Assembly (NCBI RefSeq): GCF_964204645.1
Contig: NC_134025.1
Location: 18,017,101 to 18,081,100, forward strand
DNA: 64,000 nt
DNA from: Tubulanus polymorphus
Lineage: Eukaryota; Animalia; Nemertea
Direction of reading: 5' to 3'
The stretch's first letter is position 1. Each line of letters begins with the position of its first letter. The notes beneath the pieces are model-generated. The model did not search any database and was not told where the DNA came from. It saw only the letters and a program-made list of their open reading frames with translations. The position numbers and the translations under genes are program-made. Below, piece by piece: positions 1 through 12,669 of the stretch.

Positions 1-3000
1 AGATATATATCACAAAAAGCAATTTTTAAAATCAATGGACAAAGGAAATGAATTAAATGAAGACATAATTCAAGACCCACCAATCATAAAAACAATTTAA
101 AAAGTTCATCAAAGAGCTGCTGCTCATGCTATATTTATAAAAAAATCAAATTATCCTGAATTATATGAAAGTCAATATATTTCTTATAGAGGTGAAGATG
201 TAGTAAATGAATTTTGTAATAATATAATTGAATTGAATTGAATTGAATGTGATTTTGCACAATTATTAAATCAAAATAAAAAAATAATTATGACTTAAGA
301 AGATGAAGTTAATTTTCATTATGCAACTCATTGTTGTTATTGTGAAAAACGTTTTTATTCATTTGATAAAAAGTTAAAGATCATTATCATTTAAATTCAA
401 AATATCGTGGAGCAGCTCATGAAGATTGTAATTTACAAGCTAAAAAAGTAAATTTCGTATCAATATTATTTCATAATTTATCAGGATATGATACTCATCT
501 ATGTATAAAACAATTATCAGGAAAATTAGGCGCAATTAATCAAGAAATAGAAGAATATAATGCTATAAATGATGCAAATGTAAGAAAATATGATTTTAAG
601 CTATTAGCTAAGACATCTGAAAATTACATTTCATTTCAATTTGCTTGTTTGAGATTTTCAGATCCTTATAGATTTTTAGCAAGTTCATTAGCTAATTTCC
701 TATTTTAAAGCAAATGATGAATATAGATTATTGTATATCGATGCTAATAATTTATATGGTTGGGCAATGATGCAATATCAACCATATAGAAATTTTATAT
801 TAACAGAAGTAGAAAATGATGATAAAACTAATTGGGAAAGCGCAATTATGAGTTTAGAAGATGATGCTCCAATTGGTTCTTTCTTTGTAATTGATTTAGA
901 ATATCCTAATGATGATATAAAATTAAAATATAAAAACTTACCATATTGCCCAGAACATTAAGCCGTAGATGATAGTTATCTAAATGAATACCAGAAAAAA
1001 ATAAAACTGAACGACCATGTTTTTACAGAAAAATTGATATTAACACAAAATAATGAATGTAATAATATTGTTCATTATAGAATATTAAGATTTTATCTAA
1101 AACAAGGAATGAAATTAAAGAAAGTACATAGAGATATTGAATTTAATCAATCGAAGTGGTCCGAAAAATATATAGATTTCAATACTCAACAGAAAACAAT
1201 ATCTAAAACAGATTTTGAAAAAGATTTTTTTAAAATTAATGAATAATAGTTTTTATGGAAACATGTGAACATATTAGAAATAGAAATGATATTGAATAAG
1301 TAAATAATTCTGAACGATTGGGACATTTACAATCGAGTCCTGGACACTTAGGAAATAAAAGATTTGAAGATTATTTAACAGCAGAAAAATTAAAAAGAAC
1401 GTCAATGAAATCTAATAAACCTATATTCATTGGTTCAACTGTTTTAGAAATATCAAAATTATTAATGTACGATTTTTATTATAATGTTTTACAACCACTT
1501 TTTGGGGAAAAGCATATAAAAAATCTCATATTTTGATTCTGTAATAGCTGATACTCCAATATTATTAAAATACAATAATGAAATGTTAATTAAAAGAATT
1601 TCAGAAATAATTCCTAAACAAAATGAACTTTATATTTCGTATGGTGAAAAAGAATTAATATAAATTAATGAATAAATGGATGTTTGGACAAAAAATGGAT
1701 GGGAAAAATTAAAGAATATAATGAGACATAAAACAAATAGGAAAATCTATAGAGTTAGAACTAAATTACGGTTTGTAGATGTTACTGAAGATCATAGTTT
1801 AATTAAACAAAATCGTGATAAAACCAACTGATATAGAAATTGGAGATGAATTATTACATAAAAAATTCTATTCAAGAATGAATCATATGTCATTTGATGA
1901 AATAATTAATAATATCTGTAACATTAGAAGAAAAAGAATATTTTATCAAAGGATTTTTTATGGGAGATGGTTCAGCAGGTGTTTATAAATATGTTAATTG
2001 CACAAAATATTGTTTGTATTTATGTAATCAAGATTTGAAATTATAAGAAAGAATTAAGAAATACTGTGAAGAAGTTTATTCACACAAAGTTTTTAAAATC
2101 ATAGATATTATGAAATCATCAGCAGTTTATAGAATATATGTAAATAATCCTAAAGATTTAGCAATTAAATATAATGATGAATTCTATATTCACGCAATAG
2201 TAAAAAGCAATACTTCAACAAAATAAAAGGTAGTCCCAGATTATGTATTAAATGCAAAATATAATTCAAGAAAATGGTACTTCGTTGGATTCTACGCAGC
2301 AGATGGTTTAAAAAAATATACAAAAACAAAAACTTTCATTTGCTCAAAAAATAAAAGTTGCTATATCAGGATTGATTAAATATTTTATGCAATTCAGTAG
2401 GTTTTAATACGAATATTGGATTAATTAAATCTAAACCGAAAATATTTAAATTAAGGTATGTTGAAAAAGAATTAACTGAAGAAGTTAGAGATTCATTTGA
2501 AATATATAACCCAACAGATGATGTATATGATTCAACGACTGAAGATGGTACATTTAATTGTGGATTTCCATTAGTTTGCTTAAATACAGATGCTTACATA
2601 CTAAATCAAGACAAAATCAAGACAAATAACATATCAAAAGACTTAAAAACATTAAAACATCATTTTGACTTTAGCAATTATCCAAAAGATCATGAATTAT
2701 TTAGCAACGATAATACAAAAATTCCTGGATAGTTTAAAGATGAATCAGGGGGTGATGAAATGATTGAATTTGTTGGGATATGAAGTAAAATGTATAGTTA
2801 TAGAACTAAAGATCATGAAGCTAAAAAGTTAAAAGGAATAACAAAGCATGTGGTGGATGAACATATAGAATTTCAAGATTATATTAAGTGTTTATATAAA
2901 TCAATAGTAATGAAACATAAAATGAATTGTTTAAGATCAGAAGATCACGAGATGTACATTAATGAATTTGAAAAAAACTAGCTTAAATTCGATGATAAAA

Positions 3001-3047
3001 GATATATTTTGGATGATGGAATAAAAACATAACATAACGGTTATTAA
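1..3047 (+). pseudogene. Protein-primed family B DNA polymerase pseudogene with intein (copy A)
   Basis: Fragments YIDANNLYGWAM, KTDFEKDFFK, KMYSYRT..KKLKGIT, DDKRYILDDG. About 0.5 kb is deleted near 700 relative to copy B. Confidence 0.93.
1538..2585 (+). other. Intein with LAGLIDADG homing endonuclease in pPolB motif C (copy A, degenerate)
   Basis: YFD|SVIADTPILL..., VDVTEDHSL, KGFFMGDGS, VGFYAADG, VYDSTTEDGTFNCGFPLVCLN|TDAYIL. Confidence 0.92.
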
Positions 3048-3049
3048 AA

Positions 3050-4371
3050 CCGTATCAATATCATCATACTCGAAATCACTATTGGCTTCTTCATTTTCAT
3101 CTAATTGTTTTTCTATAATTTCTTTAGGTTCCGTCACTTCATTTTTCTCATTTAAATAAAATTCTATATTATTCAACATTTCATCTCGCTCTTTTTGTTT
3201 CTTTTTCTTTGTTAATTCATCAAATGGAATTATAATATCGATGTTTAAATAATTTACAATGTTATTTCAAAAGAATTCATAATTAATTGAATCTGTTATT
3301 TCATCATCCGCACAATATTTTAATATTTTTATGAATTAATAATGAATAATGTTTCTTTTGTATTTTTCAAATCTTCTTTTGTTAATTTAGGTTTTTTATA
3401 ATAATCGTTAAATAATAAATATAAATACATTTTCTTTCCTTTTGTGTCACATGTTAATGGCATAATTTTTTTTATTATATCTTTCTTAGTTATTTCACCA
3501 TTTTTATTTTCTGTCATTTTCATTTTTTCAAGCAATTGCATATATTCTGGTGTTTGATCTTCTATAGAAAATATTTTAAAGATTTCATCTAGATATTTTA
3601 GTTCTGGTTCTATAAGAAAATCTCTAGTTTTTCCATCAGCCCATAAATTTCTATGCCATCCACATTCATTACAAAATATCATAGAATCTTCCTGTTTTAG
3701 ATACTCGTAAATACATTGTGGGAATTTTTTTCTATCATATCTTGGCAATAGATGTTCATTAAGTTCTTGGTATTTACTTACGTTTACTTATGTTTTATTG
3801 TTTTATTATGTAGATTTGAATTGCTTGTTGTAATATTCAATATTAACAATAATATGTTTTTCTTACTAATTCATTATATTGTTTTTTTAAATTTTCAAGT
3901 GTTTCTTTATTATCTGGTAACGTTTTCTCATATTTTATTTTTTCCAACATATTATTTTTTCTTTCATTTAATTCTGCTTCAAATTTATAAGAAATTTTAT
4001 TTAAATGTACTTCATTTAATTGGTGTTTCTCCCAATCTTCTATATTTTCAGGACTAAATTTTATTCGACAATGCTCACAGAAATGATTCTTTGTATTATT
4101 CTTGTCATAAAATAAAAAAGGTCTTTCCCAAATAGGTTCAACTTCAACCGAATTATTAAAACTTTCGTTACTATCAACATTAACTATTAAGTCATTAAAT
4201 TTACACGTCTCTGAATGTTTTTAAAAATAATTTCTAGAGAATGTTTTATTACAATTTGGAAAGTTAAATTTTAGGGGGTTTATGATTTTCATCATGTTTT
4301 TTCATATGTCGAGCCATATTACCTTTTCTGTCAAGTTCACCACAAATTTCACATTCTATCTTCTCGTCCAT
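3050..4371 (-). pseudogene. Polinton C2H2 zinc-finger protein pseudogene (copy A)
   Basis: Homologous to 31701-33010 of copy B (MDEKIECEICGEL..., FCNECGW, DEIFKIFSIED). Confidence 0.8.
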
Positions 4372-4440
4372 TTATTAAGGAAAAATTTTATTAAAATTAA
4401 TTTTTAGTGGTTCGAGGTAATTTTTTTTGTGTAATAGATA

Positions 4441-7400
4441 ATGGTTGAATTAAAAGAATATAGAATATTTGTTGATTCTAGAAAACTGTTAAATTATAAA
4501 TCACATAATTTACTAATTAAATTAGATAAAGAATTTAAAAATTGTGTAGATTTAAAATAAGTAAATATAAGTTTATGTAATTCTTTTTATAATATATCGG
4601 ATAAAATTATTGATCATAGATTGTATATGGTTCAGGAAAAAAATAAAAGGTATCATCTATATCGAAAAGCAGGGTTATAGACGGACGCCGGGCGCCACAG
4701 GCGCCCGGAGGACGTCCGTTTGGTAAACGCGTATATGTGGATACTACGAAGTGTCTTCTTAACCGATTCTGACTAGCTGACAAAGTCAGGAAAAAATGAC
4801 GCCACTTGACGTCCGAGTTGAATCTCATGGGGGAAATCGGAAGTAGAATTACGTCACGCTAAAATCCGGCAGCGAAATAACAGATAAAATCCGGCAACTT
4901 TTGGATCAGGTGATTTCAGAATGTATTAATTTTTTGATATTTAGAACAAGATTGGGTTGTTGAATAGTTTAACAATGAACTGCGTTCATGGAACGAGTTG
5001 AAAATAGCTGAAATTCCCTTATGTAACAAAATTTAAGGAGTCATTATTACGTCAGTTTGTGTCGGTATTTAGTTGTACTGTGGGCCTCGCGGGCGTATTC
5101 TGAGTTGCCTTTCTTTTCGGAGTCATGAGAAAAATCGAGTTAGTTGATAATGCGATTTGTACCCATTCTTACCCATTCCCCTGTTGCCTCGGGTCGGATT
5201 TGGAGGGTGTTGATTGGTGGAGTTTAGTATCGTTTAGTATCAAGCACCCCGGACCGGATGCCACGTGCGAGTTGTTTATGAATGTGACGTCACCCTGTCA
5301 ATCACTTCCGGGTCATCCCTTGTCACGCTCCGGATAATCGTCGTTTTCCCTTTGTAATTAAATTAGAGTCACCTGATATTTCCCGAATAGGTAATCGTGA
5401 ATATTTTATAGTTCTGAGGTGCATGAGAACGTTTATGAAGAAATCCGGAGTGGAAATTAGCTGTGAGCGTTTTATCCGGGTTCAAAGCGCGCGCCAGTTG
5501 CCGAGACCGGCTTCTACGCGCCCTTCCCTCCCTTCCCGTTCAAAGGAAAGAATTTTTCTGCCGGTTTCTATTATTTTATCTATTAACCTCAGAAAGAAGC
5601 TTTCAGGAAATGTTTACTTGAAAGGAATCGGTGAAGAAACGAAGATTTTAGAGCCGTTTGAAAGTTCGAACCGAGCACAGTCATTCATGCGGCGCGAAAT
5701 CAACAAAAAGCGTGGCGCGACACTCCGGGGTCGGCAATCTCGCCATAAAAGGTGTGCGATTCGCCGACTCGACACAGTCTTCTCTCGACCGTTGAGGGGT
5801 TAAGTAGAAGAGTAGTTGCAGCAAGATGTAAGTGGTTGAGTTTCGTTGTGTGTTCGCCCTGCCGGGCTGTGGCGCTGTATGGGCGCGTTATTAGTTGAAG
5901 GGCCTGTAATACGTACGCGTCGTAGTTGAGTCGTCCGTACCTTTGTGTATATAGTAAAACAAGTCCCCAACACTTTTCCGAGGGGATGTGTGTCCCTAGG
6001 AAGTCGTATATTAACGTTCAACGCCCTATGATACGGGAATAAGTGGATAAATAAAAGTTATACATGCAATGTTAATGTGTCGGGACCCGAGGCGAGTTAG
6101 TCGTATCGCTCGGACGTTAGTGCGTATACCCGCGTGTAGTAGTAGGCCTAGCAGTATGTCTGGTCGTTCGTATACAGATGATGTTCAAGGTTGCGGGCCG
6201 ACAATAAAGTTTGGTTGAATTGAATTGGTGTAGAGAAGCGCTAGTGTGATGGTGTAAAGTCCCGGGTGTTGTACACGCGTATAAGTTATATTTTGTGGAG
6301 GGAGGCGACCTCGTTTAATAGTGTGTAATAAATTTATGATCCCGTGACGTTTTGTATGACGAACCTTGAGTCGCGTGCTTCGCGAAAGTTTCGGTGTGGG
6401 ATAATTAAGTCCGTGTATATATAAAAGAGTTATTTCCTTCTTTCTCACTGATACGCCCCCGCTGAGCTGATGGGAGCGACAGTAGAGTGTCAACGTAGAT
6501 AGAGCTGCGTCGCCGTAGTGGAAGAATACGTCAGAGAACAGTTATAGTCGATTAGCCCGTTATTACGTACAGTGTATTTCTAATGAAAATAAAGTGTACA
6601 TCGATTCATTTTCCTTTAAACATGTGGTCATTTAGGTAGATTTTGGTTGTTTGTGGCTTATATGTGCGAGTACCCCTGAATTGTGATTGAGCAGGTGTGT
6701 TGCGGACTCGGCAGTAGAGGATCATCGGATAAGGCCCCGAGGTCCTTCGAGGTACGATGCAGCGTTCGTCGGCTTTGTATCCTGTGGCGTTGGACATACT
6801 GTCACGCTGGCAGGAGGGATGAGTGACGAGGCTTGAGTCCCTTATAGAATAAGATAGGGCGATTCCAGGTCTGGAGTAAGCGCGCGCTGGTTACCGCGTA
6901 TCATGTTCGGGTTGAGTGGCCAATAACCCTAGGCGTGATGCTGTGTGTGGTAACTTTTCTCATCTCAAGCCGTGGGAGTTCCGGGAGCCGCACACCTGAG
7001 TGTAGTCGGGGATTTTCGCAATTCTTTAAAGCCACTTCAGTCATCGGAATGTTGAGCACTATATATTTTCCTGTGGAGGTACAACTACCCCTTCTTAACT
7101 ATACTCACCATATAGTTATGTGGACGCAGGAGGACTCTTGTAACGTCGCCTATATTGCCTAAAACATTTACCTTTACCAGATTGTTGTACAATACCGATT
7201 ATCGTTACCGGAGATGAGATACATCTCTCGGTTATTCGTATAAGAGGTGAGGATACATTCGTAAGAGGAGAGGAGACATTCGTAAAAGTAGAGGATTCGT
7301 CAGTATAACTCCAACGATCGTCCAGAAAACACGAACTATACATTACATATATACATGTATAAATTTTAGATATCACGTGTCTTTTACGAAGAACTTGTTA

Positions 7401-9140
7401 CATCAATTATTACAAGCACATGTCACATGTACATACACACTAGGTAAAATGCATAGAGCGAGTAGAACGTTACACTTAGCAACGGGAGCGAATTCAAAAT
7501 AACAAAGCGCGAAGCAGTCAATCCCAAGCCACGGCACTAAAGAAACGTTTATTTCATAAAATCTTTATGACCATAAAACTGCGGTTAGAGATGCGTTAGA
7601 GTCGTACGATTTACTCAAAATTTCACGGCAGCGCGCGGCCCGCATCGCATATCGGCACAGCAGCAACATCGCGGTCGGCAAAAACTAATCTCCGTCCCTT
7701 CTTTCACCAAATAAGGAATTCGGTACCGCTGGCCACGTGCACTGTTTATTTTGAGCCTTAGATTCCCGGTACTTGATATTCCCGGAGGATCACAAACAAA
7801 TAAATATTTTTCGCTAGAGAAATCAATTTTTGTATTGACATATGAATTTTCCTGCTGTATTTAATTCGACTTTTTCTTGCAGATTTTTCCGATTGATGTT
7901 GACGCGTTCCATTTACCGTAATTGAAAAATTCGTAGTAATCTTCTCGTCTTTCTATTATCAAATGGAGCTAATTTCTAAATTAACAACCAGGTCAAAATT
8001 CTCCAATCTTGCAAAAATACCGCACCGGTATCAGCTTCACCATGTCCATAGTACATTGTGGTTTTACAAAGTTTAAACCATAACAAATTCTTCATACATT
8101 TTAGTAAATCGAAGTAGTAATCTTTTAGCAGACAGTGGTAAACAGACCTAGGTTATCTTTAATTATACAAGAAATGTTTCAAGTTTTTTTCTTGCAGAAA
8201 ATTTAATTTCATTTGATCTGTTTCCTAATAATTTTCTAATCTTATGAGCCCAAATTTCAGAAATGAATCAAAACTTAGAGTTACAGTTTTATCTTCTTTC
8301 CATCCAACCCTTACCTCTGTGCCATAAGTTTCCAATTTTCTAAGTTTTAACTAAACATTGATTTAATTTCTTCATTGATTTAATGCTTTGGGCCCAAATC
8401 TAGTACGATTTCAATATGAAACAAAATTGGAGTCATTTTCTTTCCAGTTTCATTGACAACATTAAATGTGTTCCTTACTAAAGTCACCGACAATATTTTG
8501 AGTGTTTTCGTTACACCCGTATACGTGAATGAGGTTGTTTTCGGTCAATTGCTATAAGCTTATGATTTCTAGCTATGAAAAATTTAATCAAGCATTGACC
8601 GTAGCGTCCGTCACTAAGATTTCATCTATTACATATTATAATTTAGATACATTGTGACAAGAAATTAATAGAAAAGCCTGGCACAAATTAGGTAGTGGTG
8701 CTGGCTTTTAACATTTGATTTTTAAAAAGTGTTAGTTCTGATAAAATAAAGATAAGAATATCTCATAGTAAAAAATATCAATTTTTAGTTAAAAACCTAT
8801 AGCTAAACTGTTAGGAATTACACCAGATAAACTTTATTCAAATGTTGATACTACACCAAATATAATGCCTTTTACACATTTTTATATTTAATGTAATTTA
8901 ATTGATCCCACAAAAACATTCGAAGGAACTAAAGATACAATTTTAATTCTTGTTCATTGAATATTCTACCATTAAAAAATGTTAAACAATTTTGAATACA
9001 AATTAATCATAATTAAGCTGAATGTGATTTTAAACCTTGTATTACACGATTTAATAAATTAGAAGTAAGCAATCATAATGGATACTTAATTGATTTAAAT
9101 AATTTTCCTGTAATTTATGAATTAATTATAAGATGTAAAG
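4441..9140 (+). pseudogene. Minor capsid (penton-like) protein pseudogene, split by an insertion at about 4670-8632
   Basis: MVELKEYRIFVDSRK at 4441. Homology to copy B resumes near 8633 (YNLDTL..EINRKA, NHNGYLIDLNNFPVIYEL). Confidence 0.72.
4670..8632. mobile_element. Non-coding GC-richer insertion, probably a non-autonomous hAT-like element, possibly composite
   Basis: Starts CAGGGTTATAGACGGACGC; degenerate inverted match GCGTCCGTC..TCTATTAC near 8604-8632; interrupts the penton gene; no credible ORF. Confidence 0.5.
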
Positions 9141-9167
9141 AGTATTTTTTTATATATATATATAAAT

Positions 9168-11250
9168 AAGAATATAACAGTAGGACCGATTATATGTTTT
9201 GGATTTGATTTTAAACGTGAGAAAGAAATGAAATTTGATATTTATGATGTAATAACACATAATAAAAATATTGCATTTTTAATGAAACAACATTCGATTA
9301 TGAAACAACAATAAATAAGAAAACTTATAGTGTAGAAAAGATTATTGGTTTAATTAGAAATTTTATGAATTAGATGAAGATTTTATTATCGATGATATTA
9401 AAAGAATAATAACTGAAATGTAAATGAAACTAACAATGTCATAAATATTGAAATAATAATAAAAAAAATAAAAAAATATTTTGAAGATGGTAATTTTTTT
9501 TCTTAATAAATGGCGGATCAGAAGTGGATAATCACTGGTTCATATAATAAAGCATTACTATCAGTTGGAACTGTTGGTTATACGATGTTATGGAAGAACG
9601 GATTCAAATGGGAAATATTAATGTTGACAGATTTGATATAAATTATATTTTAAAATTAACGTTAGCAGTAACTTTATCTTATTTAGCAATTGATTATTTG
9701 GAAAAAAATATATTCCTCCTATTAACGTGTATTTTTTTGTTAAATAAATGGCATGTGCAATTAAACTATTATTGGATCGGCAATTGTTAAAGTTTTAGCA
9801 TTTACTGGATTTAGTGGATATTTATCCAAGCATATTGATAAAAATGGTTCATTATCAGAACGAAAAAGACATAATTTAGCATTAGAGAAATATAATAAAG
9901 CTGCGGAAGAATATAGAGAAAAGAGACTAAATTATATGGATTATATTAACAATGAATTATATAATCAGAAAATTTCACATAGAGATTTTCAATCAGTCGA
10001 TGATGCAATGAGTTTATATAACGCAGTAACAAATCGTGAAAAATTATATCTATATAAACCTAAATTACCAGATTATTATACACCAAGTAAAGAACAACAA
10101 CAATATGAAATAATTTGTATTTTAGGTGGAACAATTATTGTTATATTTGTAACATGTAAATTTACTAATTATTAATTTTTTTATAATATAAATGGAATAT
10201 AAAATTTATGGTGTAGATATTATTCCTCATGATATCAATACAACTAAATTGAAAACATATTTAGAAAAACAAATATTAGAATTTGATAATGATTAAAAAA
10301 TTAAAAAGAAAAAATATGTAAAAAGTAAAATTATATATTATTCTATTATTAGTGGTTTAGTTACAATTAGTTCGGTGATAACATTTTTAGCACTATTCAG
10401 TCTATTAACACCTTTAGCTATATGAATTGGCGTTTTAGGTTTAAGTTCAAGTGTTTTAACTGGTATAAGTTCAAAATTGAATATAAAAAGTAATAAAGAA
10501 AAAATTAAATCAAATATAAAAGAAACAATAAAATCAAAAAGTACGTTAGATTATATAATAAGCTTAAATGGTAATATAACTATTGAAGAACAAGATAAAT
10601 TATTAAAAGAATTGATAAATTATTAATTTTTTATTATATAAATGGAAGATAAAATTTATGGTTTAGATATTATTCCTCGTGATATCAATACAACTAAATT
10701 GAAAACATATTTAGGAAAACAAATATTAGAATTTGATAATGATTAGAAAATTAAAAAGAAAAAATATGTAAAAAGTGAAATTATATATTATTCTATGATT
10801 AGTGGTTTAGTTACAATTAGTTCGGTGATAACATTTTTAGCACTATTCAGTCTATTAACACCTTTAGCTATATGAATTGGCGTTTTAGGTTTAAGTTCAA
10901 GTGTTTTAACTGGTATAAGTTCAAAATTGAATATAAAAAGTAATAAAGAAAAAATTAAATCAAATATAAAAGAAATAATAAAATTAAAAAGTACGTTAGA
11001 TTATATAATAAGCTTAAATGGTAATATAACTATTGAAGAAGAAGATAAATTATTAAAAGAATTGATAAATTATTAATTTTTTTATTATATAAATGGTAGA
11101 TGGTTTTCCAAAAGCTTTCCAACATAATAAATCAATTAAATATAATATTCCAGCAATAGATTTTACTAAAAAAATATTACATATAGAAATGAAGTTTTAA
11201 ATTCATTAATTAATTTAGACATTTTTGTTACTGAAACTAATAATTTTAAT
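9168..11250 (+). pseudogene. Cluster of small Polinton genes (pseudogenised homologues of about 29150-30823 in copy B)
   Basis: e.g. MDYINNELYNQKISHRDFQSVDDAMSLYNAV matches the 29800-30222 ORF; VDRFDIN..LKLTLA matches 30247-30467. Confidence 0.85.
10168..11095 (+). repeat. 450-bp tandem duplication of one Polinton membrane-protein gene
   Basis: 10191 aatggaatataaaatttatgg and 10641 aatggaagataaaatttatgg are near-identical with a 450-bp period. Confidence 0.92.
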
Positions 11251-11680
11251 GTTAAGATCAGTGATCAGTGACGCGGTCAGTAACTCGGTCAGTAAGCGAC
11301 ACAAATGTTTTGCACAATACCGGTACTAACCAAGCGTTTCTTAATACAATACTAACAATACTACTAACAACTTGAACTACCGCAAATTACCCACCGATAC
11401 CGGTACCGGTACTACGAGGAGAGATGCAGAACAAACGCATATCACTTTAGAAATCTTAGATCCCCATCGTGAATCAGACTGTTCAGTGTAACACTGCTCT
11501 GTTGAAGAATTTCCTCTAAAAGAACATGATGTAGGCCTACCAAAATCCCAACGAGCGAGATACCAGTTAGCAAAAACTAGCCGTTTATTTCGATCACCAG
11601 AAGACGATCCACCCGCCACAGTTGAAAATATAGTCACACCGTGGTCTGGGAGAAAGTTACCAGTAACACCCATACCTATC

Positions 11681-12556
11681 ATGAACATTTCTAAAGTGAA
11701 ATGTCTTGATACGGACCCGTCAGATGTAGAATACCCGATAGAGACAATAACAGAAAAGCAAGCAAACAAGAAACGTAAAATCAATACTGATTCGCCTCTA
11801 ACCGATACCAGCTGCGATACAAACGTGGCCGGTTTTCTTAGGCCTGTTGATATGCCCTGTATTAAAGAAGTTGTAAAAGAAGCCATGAGTGAAGTTGCCA
11901 ACCAGAAAGTCGACAAAGAGGATTTCAGTCAACTGGTAGCAGAATTTGCGAAACTAAATACTCGAGTAGAAAACTATATTGGAACTGGTGAAACAATCCA
12001 TGATACGGCGAATATTATGAAGGAAGAGATTGAAACCAACATCTTGAATAAAGTTGAAAGTGACCTTGCCAAAATAAAAACAAGTATTTTCGAAACGAGG
12101 GAGAGGAGAACGCACTTAATCTTATACAATATTCCTGAATGTCAAGACGATGACTGGAAAGCGAGGTTTATCCATGACAGCGATGAAGTAGAAAAATTCT
12201 TAACTATTACGTTGGGTGCATCAGTATCTAAACCGAAACACATAATGCGCCTTGGCAAAACTAAAAAATCGAACGGACTAGCAAGACCAATCCGGGTTAT
12301 CATGGTGCGAGAATGGGAGAAAGACTTGTGTTTAGAACGATATATCAACGAAGTGAAATTTGGACGAGAAAAATTAGACGGAATATCGATAAGTAAGAAC
12401 AAAACTCGTATCGAGATGCGAAAATACAAGGAATTAAAACAGTCCTTAGAGGAGCGCAAGAAAAATGGTGAAACTGACCTTGTGATTAGAGATAATCGAA
12501 TTGTGAAGAAGAAAAAGAATTACTTTCAACAATCGGGACACGAACCAACCAATTAA
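11681..12556 (+). CDS. LINE ORF1 protein (coiled coil plus RRM-like region)
   Basis: RERRTHLILYNIPE, MRLGK...RPIRV, LVIRDNRIV; directly upstream of ORF2. Confidence 0.8.
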   Translation: MNISKVKCLDTDPSDVEYPIETITEKQANKKRKINTDSPLTDTSCDTNVAGFLRPVDMPCIKEVVKEAMSEVANQKVDKEDFSQLVAEFAKLNTRVENYIGTGETIHDTANIMKEEIETNILNKVESDLAKIKTSIFETRERRTHLILYNIPECQDDDWKARFIHDSDEVEKFLTITLGASVSKPKHIMRLGKTKKSNGLARPIRVIMVREWEKDLCLERYINEVKFGREKLDGISISKNKTRIEMRKYKELKQSLEERKKNGETDLVIRDNRIVKKKKNYFQQSGHEPTN

Positions 12557-12669
12557 AGTCGGTGTCCCAAAAACTTATCATAATTTAGAATCAGATGGAA
12601 ATTTAATATCAAGAAAAAAATCAGTTATTAAAGAAAAAAGCCTTAAATCATAATCAAAATGCCAATGGA

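Larger units (their letters stand above)
1..11250 (+). mobile_element. Polinton/Maverick copy A (decayed, partial; runs off the window start, truncated on the right by a CR1 LINE)
   Basis: Collinear with element B in the opposite orientation: pPolB, Zn-finger ORF, penton, small membrane ORFs. Many stops and frameshifts. Confidence 0.93.

Noticed and set aside
4607-7376. Short ORFs in the GC-richer insertion
   Set aside because: No recognisable motifs; consistent with chance ORFs.
11377-12459. Minus-strand ORFs of 179 and 105 aa
   Set aside because: Antisense shadows of LINE ORF1. The same applies to shadow ORFs over the RT, transposase, helicase and Polinton genes.
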